Made by a program: the position numbers and the translations under genes. A DNA stretch of 64,000 bases, taken from contig NC_067400.1 in NCBI RefSeq assembly GCF_016432865.1, forward strand, positions 571,020,001 through 571,084,000, read 5' to 3'. The notes under the pieces were generated by a model, which did not search any database, was not told the DNA's origin, and saw only the letters and a list, made by a program, of their open reading frames with translations. This DNA comes from Antechinus flavipes (lineage: Eukaryota). This document shows, piece after piece, positions 50,936-64,000 of the stretch (position 1 is the first letter of the stretch; each line of letters starts with the position of its first letter).

Positions 50936-53900
50936 GCCAAACTTTAATATAGAGATAGTTTAAACATTTTCCAGGCTGGACAGATCTAGACCTCGCTGTG
51001 ATGTGACTTCTAGAAGTAAGGATGTTCTTAGATTAGGGGATTCTTAAGCTTAAGGTTCTTAAGATCAGGGTCTCTGAACTCATTTTTAAAATATTTTGAT
51101 TACTACATTACAATATAATTGGTTTCCTTTGTGATCCTATGTACTTTACCTTATTCTGAGGAGACCCTGGTTTCATCAAATGGTGCCCTAGAATCCATGA
51201 CAGAAGAAGAACCTAATTCTAGGTACTAGATGGATTCTACAGGCTCTGCACAAACCAATTCACATTATTGATGCTAAAAGTTGCTAATTCTAATGTGTAA
51301 TGCTTCCTGGGACACTTAAATAAAACACGTCTATACTTCAGATATCCACAGAAAACAGACAGGAGATTTGCAGGCAGACAGGCTTTCCCAGCACTTTTCA
51401 GGCTTTACGGAACACGTGGCTACCTAGTTCACCTAAAGTATTGAGATGTGATGTCTCCCTGGGCCTTCTCTGAGGGAAAACATCTCTGTAGCAGGGTATA
51501 TCGTTTGTTTTAGAGCTCTGTGTAGAAGGCAAAGGGCCCAGTGGTAAATGTCCAAGAAAAGATAGTTGCACATGTTCCCTCTTGCTTATAGCCCCATCTC
51601 CAAGCTTCCCCAGGGAATGTGGTGCTATCCAATTTCTCTCCCACTGGCCTGGTTTATGAGGGCACAGAGCTGGGGACATCAATTCTGCTTTTCTGACAGG
51701 GACCCTAACCCTGGCCAACCAGCAAAGTTTCGACTAAAAGCAAGCCCATCCCCAATGCTACAAACTTCATTCAAAACATGATGGGGGCAACCTCCTTCCT
51801 GAGGCAAATTCTTTAACTCCTGAGACCTAGCTCTCCAAGGGTTATTGCCTGTCCTAGAGGGGACATTGGTTTTAGGGGAGAGAAAAGTATGCTTTTGGGC
51901 AGATAATCCTATATGATAATCGTATCATAGGGATCCTTTTCATGTACCAGGAACTACCCATAGGCCACAAACTACTCCTTCACAGCCTGTCCTGACAATG
52001 GACTTTCCCTAGAACAACACTTCCATCCTCAGAATAAAATTCTAGAGTCCAGGTTTTTAAGGTGATTTTTATCTTGGGTGAGTGAAAATCTACAGTTTAA
52101 ATAAAATGAAGCTATTGCACTGTGAGACTGAAATCCACTCTGGGCCAAGAGTGACTAATACCAAGATCTCACTGAATTAGGCAGTAGAAGCAAGGCAACT
52201 TACCTTCTCTGCACCATCACTGTCCATGACAGCTCTTCTCTTGGTCCCAGGACCTTGCAGTCCAATCCCATCCTTCCCATCCATTCTTTCCCATTTTACC
52301 ACTCCTATGCTGGCATTGGCAATCACGTGCTCATTCTTATTGCTGGCTCCTGTGTGTCCAGAGTTGAGAAGGCAGCGCCCCTTACACGAAAATTCCATTA
52401 CTCCCACCAGGATCTCCCTCCTGTCTATGCTGCCAAGAGCTCCCATTTGCCTTCCCCATTCATTATGGACTAGACAGTGAGCTTTAGATTAAAGGTCTAA
52501 GCTTACCATCATAAAACTCTCTTTACTTAATCTTTAGACTCCTAAATAGTAGAGCAGACCTGGTGGTCAATCACAGGAGTTCGTGTATTCATGGGCCTTG
52601 GTGCTGGTCTTCCCAGCCACTCCTCCCTCCTAGCCCTTTCCTTCCAGGTTTGTTGGGATTTCATGGAGAGTATAGTTCATAATTCAATCCTTAAGTAATT
52701 TTGAACCTTTTAGGAAATTAAAATGAAAAAGCTGGGGAGGTAGGGGGTAGTAGACTGTGGAAGTGGTAGCCAGGTGAGTCTTAGTCCCTGTAGGCTTGCG
52801 TTTTTTTCTTTCAGGTGTTCTGGTGTTCACTCTCTCTGACTCCTTTCTACCACTTGGTTTGAGCTACCTCTTATAGCTTCTTTCCAACTACTACATGGGG
52901 CAGTGTAACTTCCCCAGCACCAAAAACTTGTTTACCAAACACTTCCTTTGCTTTCAGTGAAGAAGCCAATGTGTTCCATCATGCTGCACCCAATCTTCAA
53001 TAAAACTTTTTCAAATGATTTAGGTGAGCCTGAATATGGGATCACAAATCAGAGTAAAGGACTTTTAAGATTTTTGCCATTTGTCAGGATTCTCTAATTC
53101 TCCCTTACCACTTTAGAGAAATACTAATCTGGATTTTAATAATTTCCTTTACTTATGTGAGAGGGCTATACTGGAAAATGAACACTGGTGATTTAAATGC
53201 CTTGGAAAGGTATGACAAGCCAGTTGTTTTAAAGTCCCACTTCCTCTCCCACCACAATCATTACAGCTGTGATTCTGTCTTATTTGGTGCTTCTTCCTGG
53301 TTGCCATGTAGAGAAGAGAGGTAAAAAAGACATGGTCAGTCCAGAAATAGTTGAATGGCTTATGAGCCTGCCACTACGTTAGTGTTTAGAAGGCTTCATT
53401 CATGTTATTTAAAAATGCCAAATCTCAGGGACATTAAACAAGATAATTGCCACATGACTCACTGCTCGGTACCCCGGAAGAAGGAGTCCCTGGATGAGTA
53501 GAGAAGGTTCTGCCCCACATGCAGAGGTCTAACTCTTTCTGTTTTAGAGCAGCAACTTCTAACAGCAAAAAGATGCACTAGTTCCCAGCTCATCACGGGT
53601 ACAAGCCAGGCCATGGAAGAGATGCTAACAAAGATAATCTCCAACTTACCAATGGATTTTGCTTCATGGTTCAACAAGTCGGCTTTTCACAACTTGGCAC
53701 ATTCCCCATAAAAGTAATGTTGCATTCCTAAGAGATCCTATAAAAGCCTATTCCATCTATAATAATCTGAATTATAAAATATAACAGAAGCTATCATTTA
53801 TAACATTATTTCTATGTGGAAAATTTATTCCAAGTTCCAATTTGCAAATGCTAGATCACATCTCCTCCGGGCACAACCTTGGCAGAAAGGAATGGAGCTG

Positions 53901-55098
53901 AGACTTTCCCATTATTCCTTGCCACCTTCTCTCAGAGCTGCAAAGGTAAGACTGGGGCATAGAGGAAGTAGGTAATAGGTAACAGGACATCCCAAAACAT
54001 GTTCTAGTGATTTTATTGAGAAGTTGAGCCTTGTTAGTCTGGACTCCTTGGAGGACACTAGAATCTTCCACACATTTCCATCCTGTTTATCTCAGGGTGA
54101 CTTTTTTTCTTATCTAAATTCTCACAAACCATTTCTATAACAGACTAGCCCTTGTTCCGACATCTTGAAAAAGGACCCCAATATCAGAAAATAGATAAAC
54201 CTGAGGTAATAAACCTAGAAAGGTGTAGGTAGAAATAATTTCTGTTACACTTGTTAGAAACAAATGAGAGTAGGAGAGATTAAACTGACTGTCCCAAAAA
54301 CTTTGGATAGGTGGCTAGCTGATTCTTGAGAGGCCAATCAGGATCCTCCCCTCACTGTTTAATTTCTAGGGCTGCTGCCACTGCTCCCAAATGGCATTTT
54401 TAAAAACCCACACTCCTTTTGTGGCCAATCTGTTAGGTGTCCATTTGTGAGGGTAAAAGAAGAAATCTGGCTTTGAGGTTTACAATCAGGATTCACACAA
54501 ATCTGGGCCAATGACCCAGATATTTAAATTCATTCAGCAGCATTCTCATCACCCCCAAAAACCTAACAGCTGGAAATAGCTGCAGATAATGAACAACAAT
54601 AGTAGCAATGGATAGGGCTGGAGGCAAGAGGAAAGTTTCATCAACAGATTATGTTCTTTCTAGGATACTGAATACTCTAGGTTTTCTTTGCTCATGTCAA
54701 TATTTTTTACCCACTGAAACTTCAGCCTCGATGATTTGGCCATCCAAGCTAAGGCTTAGACAAGCAGGCCTTGAATTTGTAGTTTATTTTCTTGGAAAAG
54801 AAAAAAAAAGTCCCACGACAAATTCTGACTTTCTTCCCCACTCCCCACTCCCAGTTCAAACAATTGAAATTGGGAGGAAAAAAAAGTTCAGAAAAATGAT
54901 GCTAACCTGAGGAAGACAGAGATAGGTGAAGAAGCAGTCATAGAAAGTAGCAAATTCAGATTTATCCAACTTTAAAAAGTACATAAATCTTTGTCTTTAC
55001 ATTTGTATGGCCCAAAGTGAGCCACCTCGGAAGAACTGGTTACAAAGGTAATGACCCAAGCCTCAGGGGCCCCACCTGGTCTTAATGATGGGGAGAGC

Positions 55099-55185
55099 TC
55101 ATTCTCTTGGAGGCTGCATCTGCTTACAGAACTCATCAAATTGCTGCTGCTCCAGCTCCGTCATTACTCTGTTGAGAGCATAAAT
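55099..55185 (-). CDS. SVBP: SVBP last coding exon; total 66 aa
   Basis: ttcag|[28 protein letters not shown]; candidate AATAAA at 54788-54783. Confidence 0.96.
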   Translation of the reverse strand: MYALNRVMTELEQQQFDEFCKQMQPPRE

Positions 55186-56514
55186 CTGAAGGGAAGAGAA
55201 AGATGGCAGAGAAAAAGTAAGGTAATCAGTGTGATATCGGGAAGGGCTTTGTGAAATGGCCTCTTTACAAATAAGCCTGGAAGATAAAAACTTCCCAGCT
55301 GTGACAAAAGGGAAAAAGGTGAAATCACTTTTTAGGTGAGAACACAGTGCAGATGGACATTTGTAAGGTAGGGGCTACTGATGATATTCTCGATTTACAC
55401 ATGAAGAGCCTAAGGCTTGGAACAAGGAGGTTCCCACTGTTCAGTACAGGTCAGAGATTCTATAGGTAGGAATCACAGGCAAGGAGATAAAGAAAGGATC
55501 AGCAATTACACTGGAAAAGAACATGCAGAAAGTGAAGGCTGACCTTGTACCAAAACTGGCAACAGTGGTTAAAAATAACATAATTGAATGTGGAGGGAGG
55601 AGGGGAGGACAAGGGCAAAAGGCAGAACTGTTATATTTTGAGAGAATCTGGCAACATACGAAGATTTATAAAACTGATTCTATCTTATGACCCAACAATT
55701 GCAGTGGAACCATTAGGATCATAGTCTAAAGATGTTATTTAAAGGAAAAAAAGACTATTTATGCAAACACATTCAAAACAGTTGTATTTATAATAAGAGT
55801 GAAAACTGGAAATATATGATTCCTGGGGAAAGGCTGAATAAACTAGCCTGATACAACATGCTCGCTGAACCATAGGATTATTAATAAAAAGAAAGCAAAA
55901 TTGGCTCACAGCAACTATAACTATATAAAAATAACAGCAAGAAAATCTGATCAGTATAGATAAAAATAGATGGAGAAACTGAACAAATAAAATGCTATTT
56001 GATATTATTAAAGTATCTCTTTTCCTTTGAAGCAAACTTGTGTTAAGAGTTTGCAGATCATTCTTTAAGGTTGTTTATGAAAATTATTTTAAAAATACTT
56101 TGATGTACAATAATAACAAAAAGCTGTTACGCATCTAGATTTCTCTTTCTCCTATGACCTAAATTTGGTAACCTCCTGGTATGTCTCTAATATTTGTTAA
56201 TCCTATTAGTTCCCAGAACATCAAATTTCTGGTTATAGGTCATATGGTCACTGGCCAGAGGTGATTCCCAAAAGGCAAAGTGTTTATGTCCAACAAAAGT
56301 CAGTGACTTTAAAAGGCCAACAATTTGTGAACAGGTGAAGAAATCATATTTTACAAATGTAATGGAATATTATTTTGTTGCCCAAAATAACAAAAGGGCT
56401 AATTTCAGAGAAACCTAATTAGATTTGTGTGAACTGATGCTTGGTGAAGTGAGTAGAACAAGAACAATGTATAAAATTATTCTAAAGAAAAACAACTTTA
56501 AAAGATCTCAGCAT

Positions 56515-56665
56515 GGGACCACTATGTGGGGCAGTGGATAGAGCACCATCCCTGAAGTCAGGAGGACCCGAGTTCAAATCAGATCTCAGACATTTAACAC
56601 TCTCTAGTTGTATGACCCCGGGCAAGTCACTTAATCCCAATTGTTTCAGCAATAAAAACCAAACA
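56515..56665 (+). mobile_element. WSINE1-type SINE inserted in an old L1 remnant
   Basis: B-box GAGTTCAAATC; TSD AAAAGATCTC. Confidence 0.88.
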
Positions 56666-57924
56666 AAAAGATCTCTGCAGTCCAATCCATGCCACACAAT
56701 CACTGGTCATTCCAGTAGAGGGGTGACAAGTTCACAAAATATCTCTGATATAAAGCAGACTGTGATAAAGGTACATGAAGGATCCATGTATTGATTCAAC
56801 ATTAACTATTTTTACAAACCTTTATGAAGTTCTTACTGTAAGGACTGATGGTGGCCCCTGCTCTAGGTAATCTAGCCAAACCCATGGCTATTCCAGAGGA
56901 GAGGAACCTTCCCATTCCAGTGTCTGGGTTATGAGTACTAAGGAAGGGCTGCATTGTTGGTGTAGTGGCAGGCTCTGGAGTCACTGAAAAGTCCCATCTT
57001 TGAGGGCTGTGGTTGGAGTGCTAACCTCCCAGCATCAAAAATGGAAAAGGGAAGAAATGTGTGGGCAGAAGCCCAAGTTCCTGCTAATGGCTTCAGCCTG
57101 GGCCCTTAGGTGGAAATAGAGGGCTGAAGTAGACACAGTCTCTGACCCAGCATCTGATCTGCACGGAGCAGGGCTGGAAGCCTTTCCTTCCTGGGTCCAG
57201 GATAAAAAATAATGAAGAGCTTGTTGATAGTGGAATCTATATGGTGTGTCTATAGTAACTCAGTGGAGGACCTATTCTCCAGGGCAGTGGGCTCCCCCAG
57301 GGAGGGGGCTTCCATAGCCAGAAGCTGAATTAGAGCTTGGAGTTGGGACACTCATCTTCCTAAACTGCTTCCATGGGGCAGTCTCTGGGTAAGACTAGAG
57401 TGATAGTAGGCAGAACAAAAAGGAAGGGGGTGGGGAAAAAAGAGAAATGGAGAAAGCAATCAGGGATTTTAAAAGGAAAGGGAGCCTTCCAGTATGAGAT
57501 GGAGGAGTTTGCAGGACTCTAGAATTCATGAAAGGGAATTATATGTAAAAGGGCTAGAAAAGTCACCAAAGGCTTGAGGGTTGACCCTAGAGCTAACAAG
57601 CTGGGAGCCCCAGAAATTTACTGAGCAGGGGAGTAAAACTGAGGCCTGCTCTTCAGGAAAAGCCTTTGGGCCACAGCGTGGAAGGTGTGCTAAAGAGAAG
57701 CGTGTGGCAGGGAAACCAAGGAGGAGTCGCCAGAACAGGCGACGGGAGGAGAGCGCGGCGTCTCCAGTCTCCGACTCTTCTTCGGGAGTTCAAAAGCTCC
57801 TGGGCTGGTCACTTCACCCTGTTTGCCTCAGTCTCCTCATCTGTAAAAGGAGCTGAGAACCAAACGGCCGAGCGAAAAGGCCCGGATGGGGCAGCGCAAC
57901 CACCCAAGAATAGTGGCGGCTCAC

Positions 57925-58038
57925 CTCGGCCCTCTGTCTCTGCTTCAGTTCCTGCTGAGCTGATCTCTGCCTGGCTTTCTCTATTCGGTTCACAGTCTCC
58001 TTCACTTTGGGTTTTTCTTTCCGACCAGAGGACTCCAT
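57925..58038 (-). CDS. SVBP: Small vasohibin-binding protein (CCDC23), first coding exon
   Basis: [38 protein letters not shown]; |gtgagc donor. Confidence 0.96.
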
Positions 58039-58099
58039 GCCTTATCTTTTCTGCAATTCAAGCACAGAGCTGATCCAGGCAGAGCTTTTTATTGGGGGG

Positions 58100-59170
58100 T
58101 GGGGAGCCTCTGCGGCAGACCCCCGACCCCATCCCCCCCGAACCTGGCAAATTATCCAGAGACTGGGAACTAGAAAGGCCACTGGGGACATCAGCCAGTC
58201 CGCATCTGACAGACAACTCGGGAGGGGCTGCTCTGGGTCTCTCAGATAAAGAGCACACCCCGCATTTCCGAGCCCGATCCTCCCGATTCAAATCCGGCAT
58301 CTCCTCCGCGCTCGTCTCCGAGGCAGGTTCAGGCCACACCTGCCGGCTTCTACTCCGAGGCACCCACATCCCTGGCACCTCTCCTGGGGTTCAATCACCC
58401 CCGCCCCAGCTGTCCTCTTCTCCCCCCACGTTATCCCACAGCCCACCTCCGCCCACGCGCGCCCTCCTCCTCCCTTCCAGCTGTTCTCTTCTTTCTCCCC
58501 TCCCCCGAGGGCGGCTCTGCTCCCAATTCTATCCCCACCTCCCGCAGTAATATCCCCAGCCCCTTCCCCCCACCACGAGTGGCAGTTCTTTCAACCAATC
58601 CTCCCTCCCCCCGCGGCTATTCTCTCTTTCCACTCCCCGCCCCCCGCTGCTACGGCTGTTCTCTCTTCCCTCCCTCTCCCCGCGGGTACATCTTCCCTCC
58701 CCCGACCCCCCAATCTCCCCGGCCTCCAGACAGGGCTAGGGACCACGGTCCTCCAGCTCTTTGTCCAGGTCTAGCGGGTTTCGGCTATGGCCACACCGCT
58801 GGGCGAAAACTATGCCTTCCATCCCGACTCCAGCTCCCGCCGCAGGGCTCTCCCCCTCCACTACAATCCAGGGTCACAAGCTCTCCCCGCCCTTCCTTAC
58901 CCAGGCCGCCCCCGGGGCAACTCCTACCTCCCTCCCTGGGCAAAATGTTGAGGAGAGGGGCGGGGCACCTGATCCGATCGCGAATTCGGAATTCGATTCC
59001 TTCCCCTCGCCTAGAGAAGAAAGAAGCGAACAAGGGGTGTGGGGGAGGGGAAGAAGCTTGCACGCGCGGTCCGGGAGCTGGCGGGGGGAGGGGCCGGGAG
59101 CGCGCGCGCACGGCCGCGCGGAAGGAGAGAAGCATGCGCCCTGAGCTATTGAGGGGAGGATCGCGGGGCA
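58100..59170. promoter_or_regulatory. CpG island with SVBP promoter and non-coding first exon
   Basis: Dense CpG and GC boxes; candidate minus-strand donors at ~58899 (TGG|gtaagg) and ~58968 (CAG|gtgccc). Confidence 0.75.
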
Positions 59171-59999
59171 GTCTTTGAAAGGCTCTTGTGGAAGCCTTGG
59201 AGGAAACCCTGGGAGAGGGAGCAGTACTTGAGGGCCACCTGGAGGAGGGGAAGAATCAAGCCAATAATCCCAGACTCGGAGCCGGAAAAGACTCCTCTTT
59301 CCCTCTTTCTCTCTCCCTCTTCCCTCCTCCTCCTCCCCACCCCCCACCCCCGGGTCTTCCACCCTCGGCTCTCCCTGCCCAGGAAGCCTAGCCTTGTGTC
59401 GGACAAGCCCTTGTCCAGTTTTGTTTAAAGATGTATGGGTCCCTTCCAGCTCTAAATCTCCAATCCTCCCTGTGAAGCCCCTTCATTCCGCTTTGGGAAA
59501 ACTCTTCATCGTTAGGAACTCTTTTTTTAGAGACCAAATCCACCTTTCTGAGACTTTTTTTTTTTAATCCATTGCTTCTTTTTCTGCTTTCTGGGCCCAA
59601 GCAATTCGGTAAGAATACTTCCTACGAGCCATAGACTAGGGATACAACGTCCTGCCCCTCGAGGACCTCGATGTACTATTGGGAAAGCAGCAGATCATCT
59701 CTTCCCCATCCAAGCAATTCAGCATCAGAAGGCAGCTATCGTGTTTTAATTTCTCCAGGCTAAATGCCAAACGTTTCCTGTTCCTTCAGTCAATCCTATA
59801 ATTTTCAGGTTTTTCCTCATCCTGGTCACCAAACAACCTTAGCCCAGATCTTTAAAACTGCAGTTTCCTTCTTCTTGAAACGATTCCATGTACTCATCCC
59901 AATTCAAAGCTGGGTTCTTCCCCCTCCCCCCCACACTCTTCTCTATCTTCCCTTCCTCCTCCCTTCTCTAAGAGAGGAACTGGATATTTCTTTTTAATA

Positions 60000-60378
60000 C
60001 TTTTTTTTTGCATTTTTTAATTGATTTTTTAAAAATTTCAGAACATAAGCATGGATAATTTTTCAACGCTGACCCTTGCAAAACCTTGTGTTCCAATTTT
60101 CCCCCTCCCCGCCTCCCCTAGAGAGCAAGTAATCCAATATATGTTAAACATGGTAAAAAAAAAATATGCTAAATCAATAGAGGCACACATATTTATACAA
60201 TTATCTTGCTGCACAAGAAAAATCAGATAAAAAAGGAAAAAGAAAGAAAGAAAAAATTCAAGCAAACCACAACAAAAAAAGAGAAAATTTTGTGTTGTAA
60301 TCCACCCTCAGTTCCCACAGTTCTCTCTCTGAGTGTAGATGGCTCTCATCATCATAAGGTCATTGGAACTGGCCTGTC
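60000..60378 (-). mobile_element. L1 3'UTR, antisense
   Basis: Poly(T) start, L1 3'UTR text, approximate TSD tt(t/c)aatactt. Confidence 0.8.
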
Positions 60379-63300
60379 TTTCAATACTTCTGATGCTACT
60401 TTTGTGCACACTACCAGTCCTGGCTTACTTGAAAGGGTCTCTCTATTCAAGGAATTACTCCCCACTATACCCACAAATCCAAATTTGGCTCAGCCCACTC
60501 TTATTACTTACTCCTTTTTTGCTTACTGCTCCTTTTTTGGCCCCTAGCTGAAATTCAATCTACCCTTAGCTTTTGATAATGAGCCTTTCTCCCCATTTGG
60601 ACATACTCAAAAAACAAAACAAAAAACAAAAAATTTCCCTGTCTTGCTTCTGTCTCCACACTTCCATTTACCAAGATACCAAGATTATTCTCATTTTCTA
60701 AAGAAGTGAACTGGAGAGCAATTTAAAAAACAACTGGAATGCAGGAGTCATTAACAGTGAAAAATGTGATTTCACAGATGTGGACATTTTAATTCAACAA
60801 TGCAGACCACAGCTATTAGTGTATAATAACTTTACAAATAGTTTTATTGGATGTCATAATGAGTGGGGGAAAAAAGGAGTAATCCTTTGATTGTAATATT
60901 GGGAAATGAGCCTAGCTCAAGTTGGCTAACCTGTTCTTTATAGGACAAGCACAAAATTGAGCCAGATTTAAAGCCTTTTCAGGTTAGTAGAGACCACTAA
61001 AGCTCATATTTCACTAACATAGCATCAATTTATAAAATGGAGCGAAACTTCTATAACATGAACCAAAATCTCTTGAATTGTTATTTAGCTGAAGAAGGAA
61101 AAGATGCTGAAGTATGTGTGCTGAAGTAGAAAGCTTCATGGAGCTGAAGGAAAGATAGAAATTGGATTAACACTTATCAACAGCTTCCCTTATTGCTTCC
61201 ATTGATTTGTTCACCATGCCTAGCATTCTTTTCTTTCATATGTCTACCTCCTAGCTTTCCTGGTTTCCTTCAAGTCCCTGACAAAATCCCATCAAGAAAC
61301 CTTTCCTGATTTGCATCCTAGTGCCTTCCCTCTGAGATTATTGCAATTTATCCTGTCTGTATATCTTGTTTGTTATTTGCATGTTGTTTTTCCCACTAAA
61401 TTGTAAGTTTCTCTAGAGCAGGCACTGTTTTTGCTTTTCTTTGTATCCCAAGTGTCATGCATATTATAAGCCCTTGATATATTTCCATTGCTCAGAATAA
61501 AGTAGTTTTAATACATTATGATAGCATGAGTTCTATCAGTCAAGCCTGCAAAGCTATTGCAATACTGATCTCTTGATTTTGAATAAGATTGGAGAATTTG
61601 GCTAGGTGGAGACCCAATCCAAATACAGGCTGGCAGAATGCCTCTCTAGGCTTAATGATTTACAAAGGCATATTGTATCCTGTCTTAGGCACTGAGCTAA
61701 AATGAAATAAAAAGACAGGTAAAGTTTTTTGTTTGGAAAAATGCCTACTTTCTAGAAGGGGGAATTTGGGGATCCACTTGGAAAATAGCCTGAATTTGGC
61801 CTTAGTAAAGAATAGGAACTTATATTTAGCCAGAAGGATTTCTAAATCAATATTCTGGAGTGGCAATCTCAGTACCATGTGGTGGTTTGGTAGGAAAGAA
61901 AAATCCATTTTAGCACTGAAAAGTGAAGCAAACTTTGGAAAATTTTAGAGAAAAATTGAAAGGGAATAGTGATTACAGGAAGCCTAGAAATTCATACTAA
62001 GGAACATGACACTAGAATCCAACAAAACAAAATAGCTTACCAACAAATAAAATCAGACTGACACACAGCCTGGCACACTGGAAAAATAAGATTAAAAAAA
62101 ATCATACCTGCACAAGTTGATAAAATTAATTTTCTGAATTTAGTTTTGTTCAAGTAAGGGACCTACTCAGTAACAGTCACCGTTGTTGTTGCTGGGATTA
62201 AAAATCCAAAGATAAAATAAAAATGGACCCTGCATTCAAAGAAGTTTTAATTCTATTAAACTTCCAAAGCTTTAGCCTGTGAGATCCTGGAAGATAGAGA
62301 CTGTTTTACCTTTCTTTTGTATCTGCAGTGCTTGTAACATAACACAACACATAATAGGTGCTTACTAAATGCTAGTTGATTGACTAAAGATCATAAGGAG
62401 AAGCAGCATCATATAATGGATAGAGCATGGGATACGGAATCAAATGACTTTGTTCACTGTTACTTATCTTCTACTTCTGTGATTTTAGGTAAGTGTTTAA
62501 TTTTTCAAGGTCTTCATACATAAAACATAAATTGGATTCAATGGCTATAAGTTTCCTTTCAGTTCTAAATCCTATGATTCTATAAACCTATCAATGAATA
62601 CTCCATGAAATTTTGTCTGAAGTGGCTAGCCTACCAAGTCTGCTCCTCTCCATGTTAATGAAATACAAAGTTGATCTGAGAAATAACAAACCAACGAAAA
62701 CCAAATGGTTTTTGCATTCTTCATATGTTGTCTGTAATTGTCCTTCATTTCATTTATTTTATATCACATTAACAAGCATTCATTAACCATCTATCATGTA
62801 CCAGCTATTGATGCTAGGAGATACAAACTAAGGCAAAACACAGTCCTTGCTCTCAAGGAGTTCACAGTCTAATGGGGGACACAACCTATCAACAATTATG
62901 TACAAATAAACTATAGATGGAATAAGTTGGAGATAATCTCTGAAGGAATATACTGGTATTAAGAGAACCTGGAAAAGGTTCTTGGAAGAAAGGTTCTTGG
63001 AAGAAATCCCAAAGGGCCCAAGATGGAGCTGAAGCATGCAGCAAGATTTTAATAAATGTGGAAAGAGAAAAGGGAAGGATATATTTATCAGAGTAGAAAA
63101 GAGAGACCATCACAGATAGAATGACTAGCATGTATATGGTTTGGGAGTAGAAATGTGTTTTTCAAGAGTGTAAACAGGTTTGTTTGGCAGAGAGCAATAA
63201 CCAACATGTAGATAGAGGTGAGGGTCATTTAGTTAATAGATTTGACCATTGGTGACTGCCAGGAAAGTCGATCATTAGTTTTGAATTGAAAAGGAATTAG

Positions 63301-64000
63301 CAACAATTTGCAGATGCTGCACAAGGGATGTGGTATAATGAAGAATGAATGTATAATTACCATTTGAAAATGTGGGACTATTTTAATCAAGGGGTTCTTT
63401 GATTATAGTTCCCTCCCTTAGAGTTATTCTGAAAATTCCCTTATTATATAGGGAGCTTCTTAGCCCTATTTCAGGGATGGGGAACCTTTTGTTCTGTGAA
63501 GAGCCATTTATATATCTAAATTATCAGCTTATACAACTCACGCAGTCAAAGGTTGTTCTACCTAGTTTCTACTTACCTTTCAGCTCTTCATTACCTTCCG
63601 TTGATTATACAAATTATTTCACAGGCCTTATTTGGCACTCAAAACCCTGCCCTATTGCTCTATCAGCAACAGACAGGCAGGGTGTGGTTTGTTTTTATGG
63701 GGACTGTTAGTGATGGAGAGTCTCCTGGGCAGACAGAGCTTCCATTTTAGGGGCTTATGCCCTAGGATAAAAATACACATTTTATGGATGTACCTTCTGT
63801 TTCCCTGATACTACAGCAATAATCTTTGGATGGGCTGAGAAAAAAAATAGGAGTCCCTGTTCTACTACTGTAGAAAAAATCTAGTGGATCTCCTGATTAA
63901 GGTGAGTGAGCCTCTTTTCTTTTCCCATTGAGTCTGAGATGAATTTTCTCTTTATTCTTCAACTTGCTTCCAATTTGGAATAATTAAATCCTTGAGTCTG

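Larger units (their letters stand above)
44723..53004 (+). pseudogene. TMEM269: TMEM269 unitary pseudogene; exon remnants at 44723-44839, ~45166-45213, 47604-47744, 51931-52077 and 52815-~53004
   Basis: Syntenic position between C1orf50 and SVBP. Remnants translate as KNAENILSF/NMTMGLF, ARRLNICSTLG, GAKLDGLADFFFGLNTALLLTVVGLLSGVLASSFMLAVFLHLCFHST, GILFMYQELP...HPQNKILES and LSLTPFYHLV*ATSYSFFPTTTWG, collinear with TMEM269 as I recall it. Stops at 44755, 51993 and 52860 plus frameshifts; AATAAA at 52999. Confidence 0.8.

Noticed and set aside
52177-52480. ORFs on both strands with a good minus-strand donor (AAG|gtaagt)
   Set aside because: No recognisable protein and no consistent partner exons; lies in the last TMEM269 intron.
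56515-56600. tRNA-like A/B boxes
   Set aside because: tRNA-derived head of a SINE with an A-rich tail and TSD, not a tRNA gene.
58971-59000. Cluster of palindromes (CGATCG, TCGCGA, GAATTC twice) resembling a polylinker
   Set aside because: Embedded seamlessly in the SVBP CpG island with no other vector sequence nearby.
58579-59428. ORFs of up to 199 aa, or ERMAP coding sequence, beside the SVBP promoter
   Set aside because: CpG-island ORF noise; no Ig/butyrophilin-like exon seen up to 64000, which says nothing about ERMAP further on.

Overview
Mammalian genomic DNA, most likely a dasyurid marsupial (inferred from WSINE1-type and MAR1-type CORE-SINEs and marsupial L1 3' ends). The gene order matches human 1p34.2. 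It holds the complete 15-exon P3H1/LEPRE1 gene (minus strand, 741 aa, ends in KDEL), head-to-head with C1orf50 (plus strand, 5 exons, 209 aa). Next come five exon remnants of TMEM269 that look like a unitary pseudogene, and then SVBP (minus strand, 66 aa) with its CpG-island promoter. Almost all other entries in the ORF track are L1 remnants or GC-rich noise. The most unusual structures are: (1) a 626-bp fold-back element of two inverted 241-bp LTR-like arms around a SINE, with TG...CA ends and a duplicated target site; (2) a 177-bp piece of C1orf50 intron 2 copied into the bidirectional promoter with a 12-bp flanking duplication; (3) the disabled TMEM269, which keeps half of a CDP-alcohol phosphotransferase motif; and (4) a nested L1 insertion carrying a 3' transduction. 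I found no evidence for a new multi-gene system. Orthologue and repeat-family names come from recall, not database searches, and repeat boundaries without target-site duplications (TSDs) are approximate.
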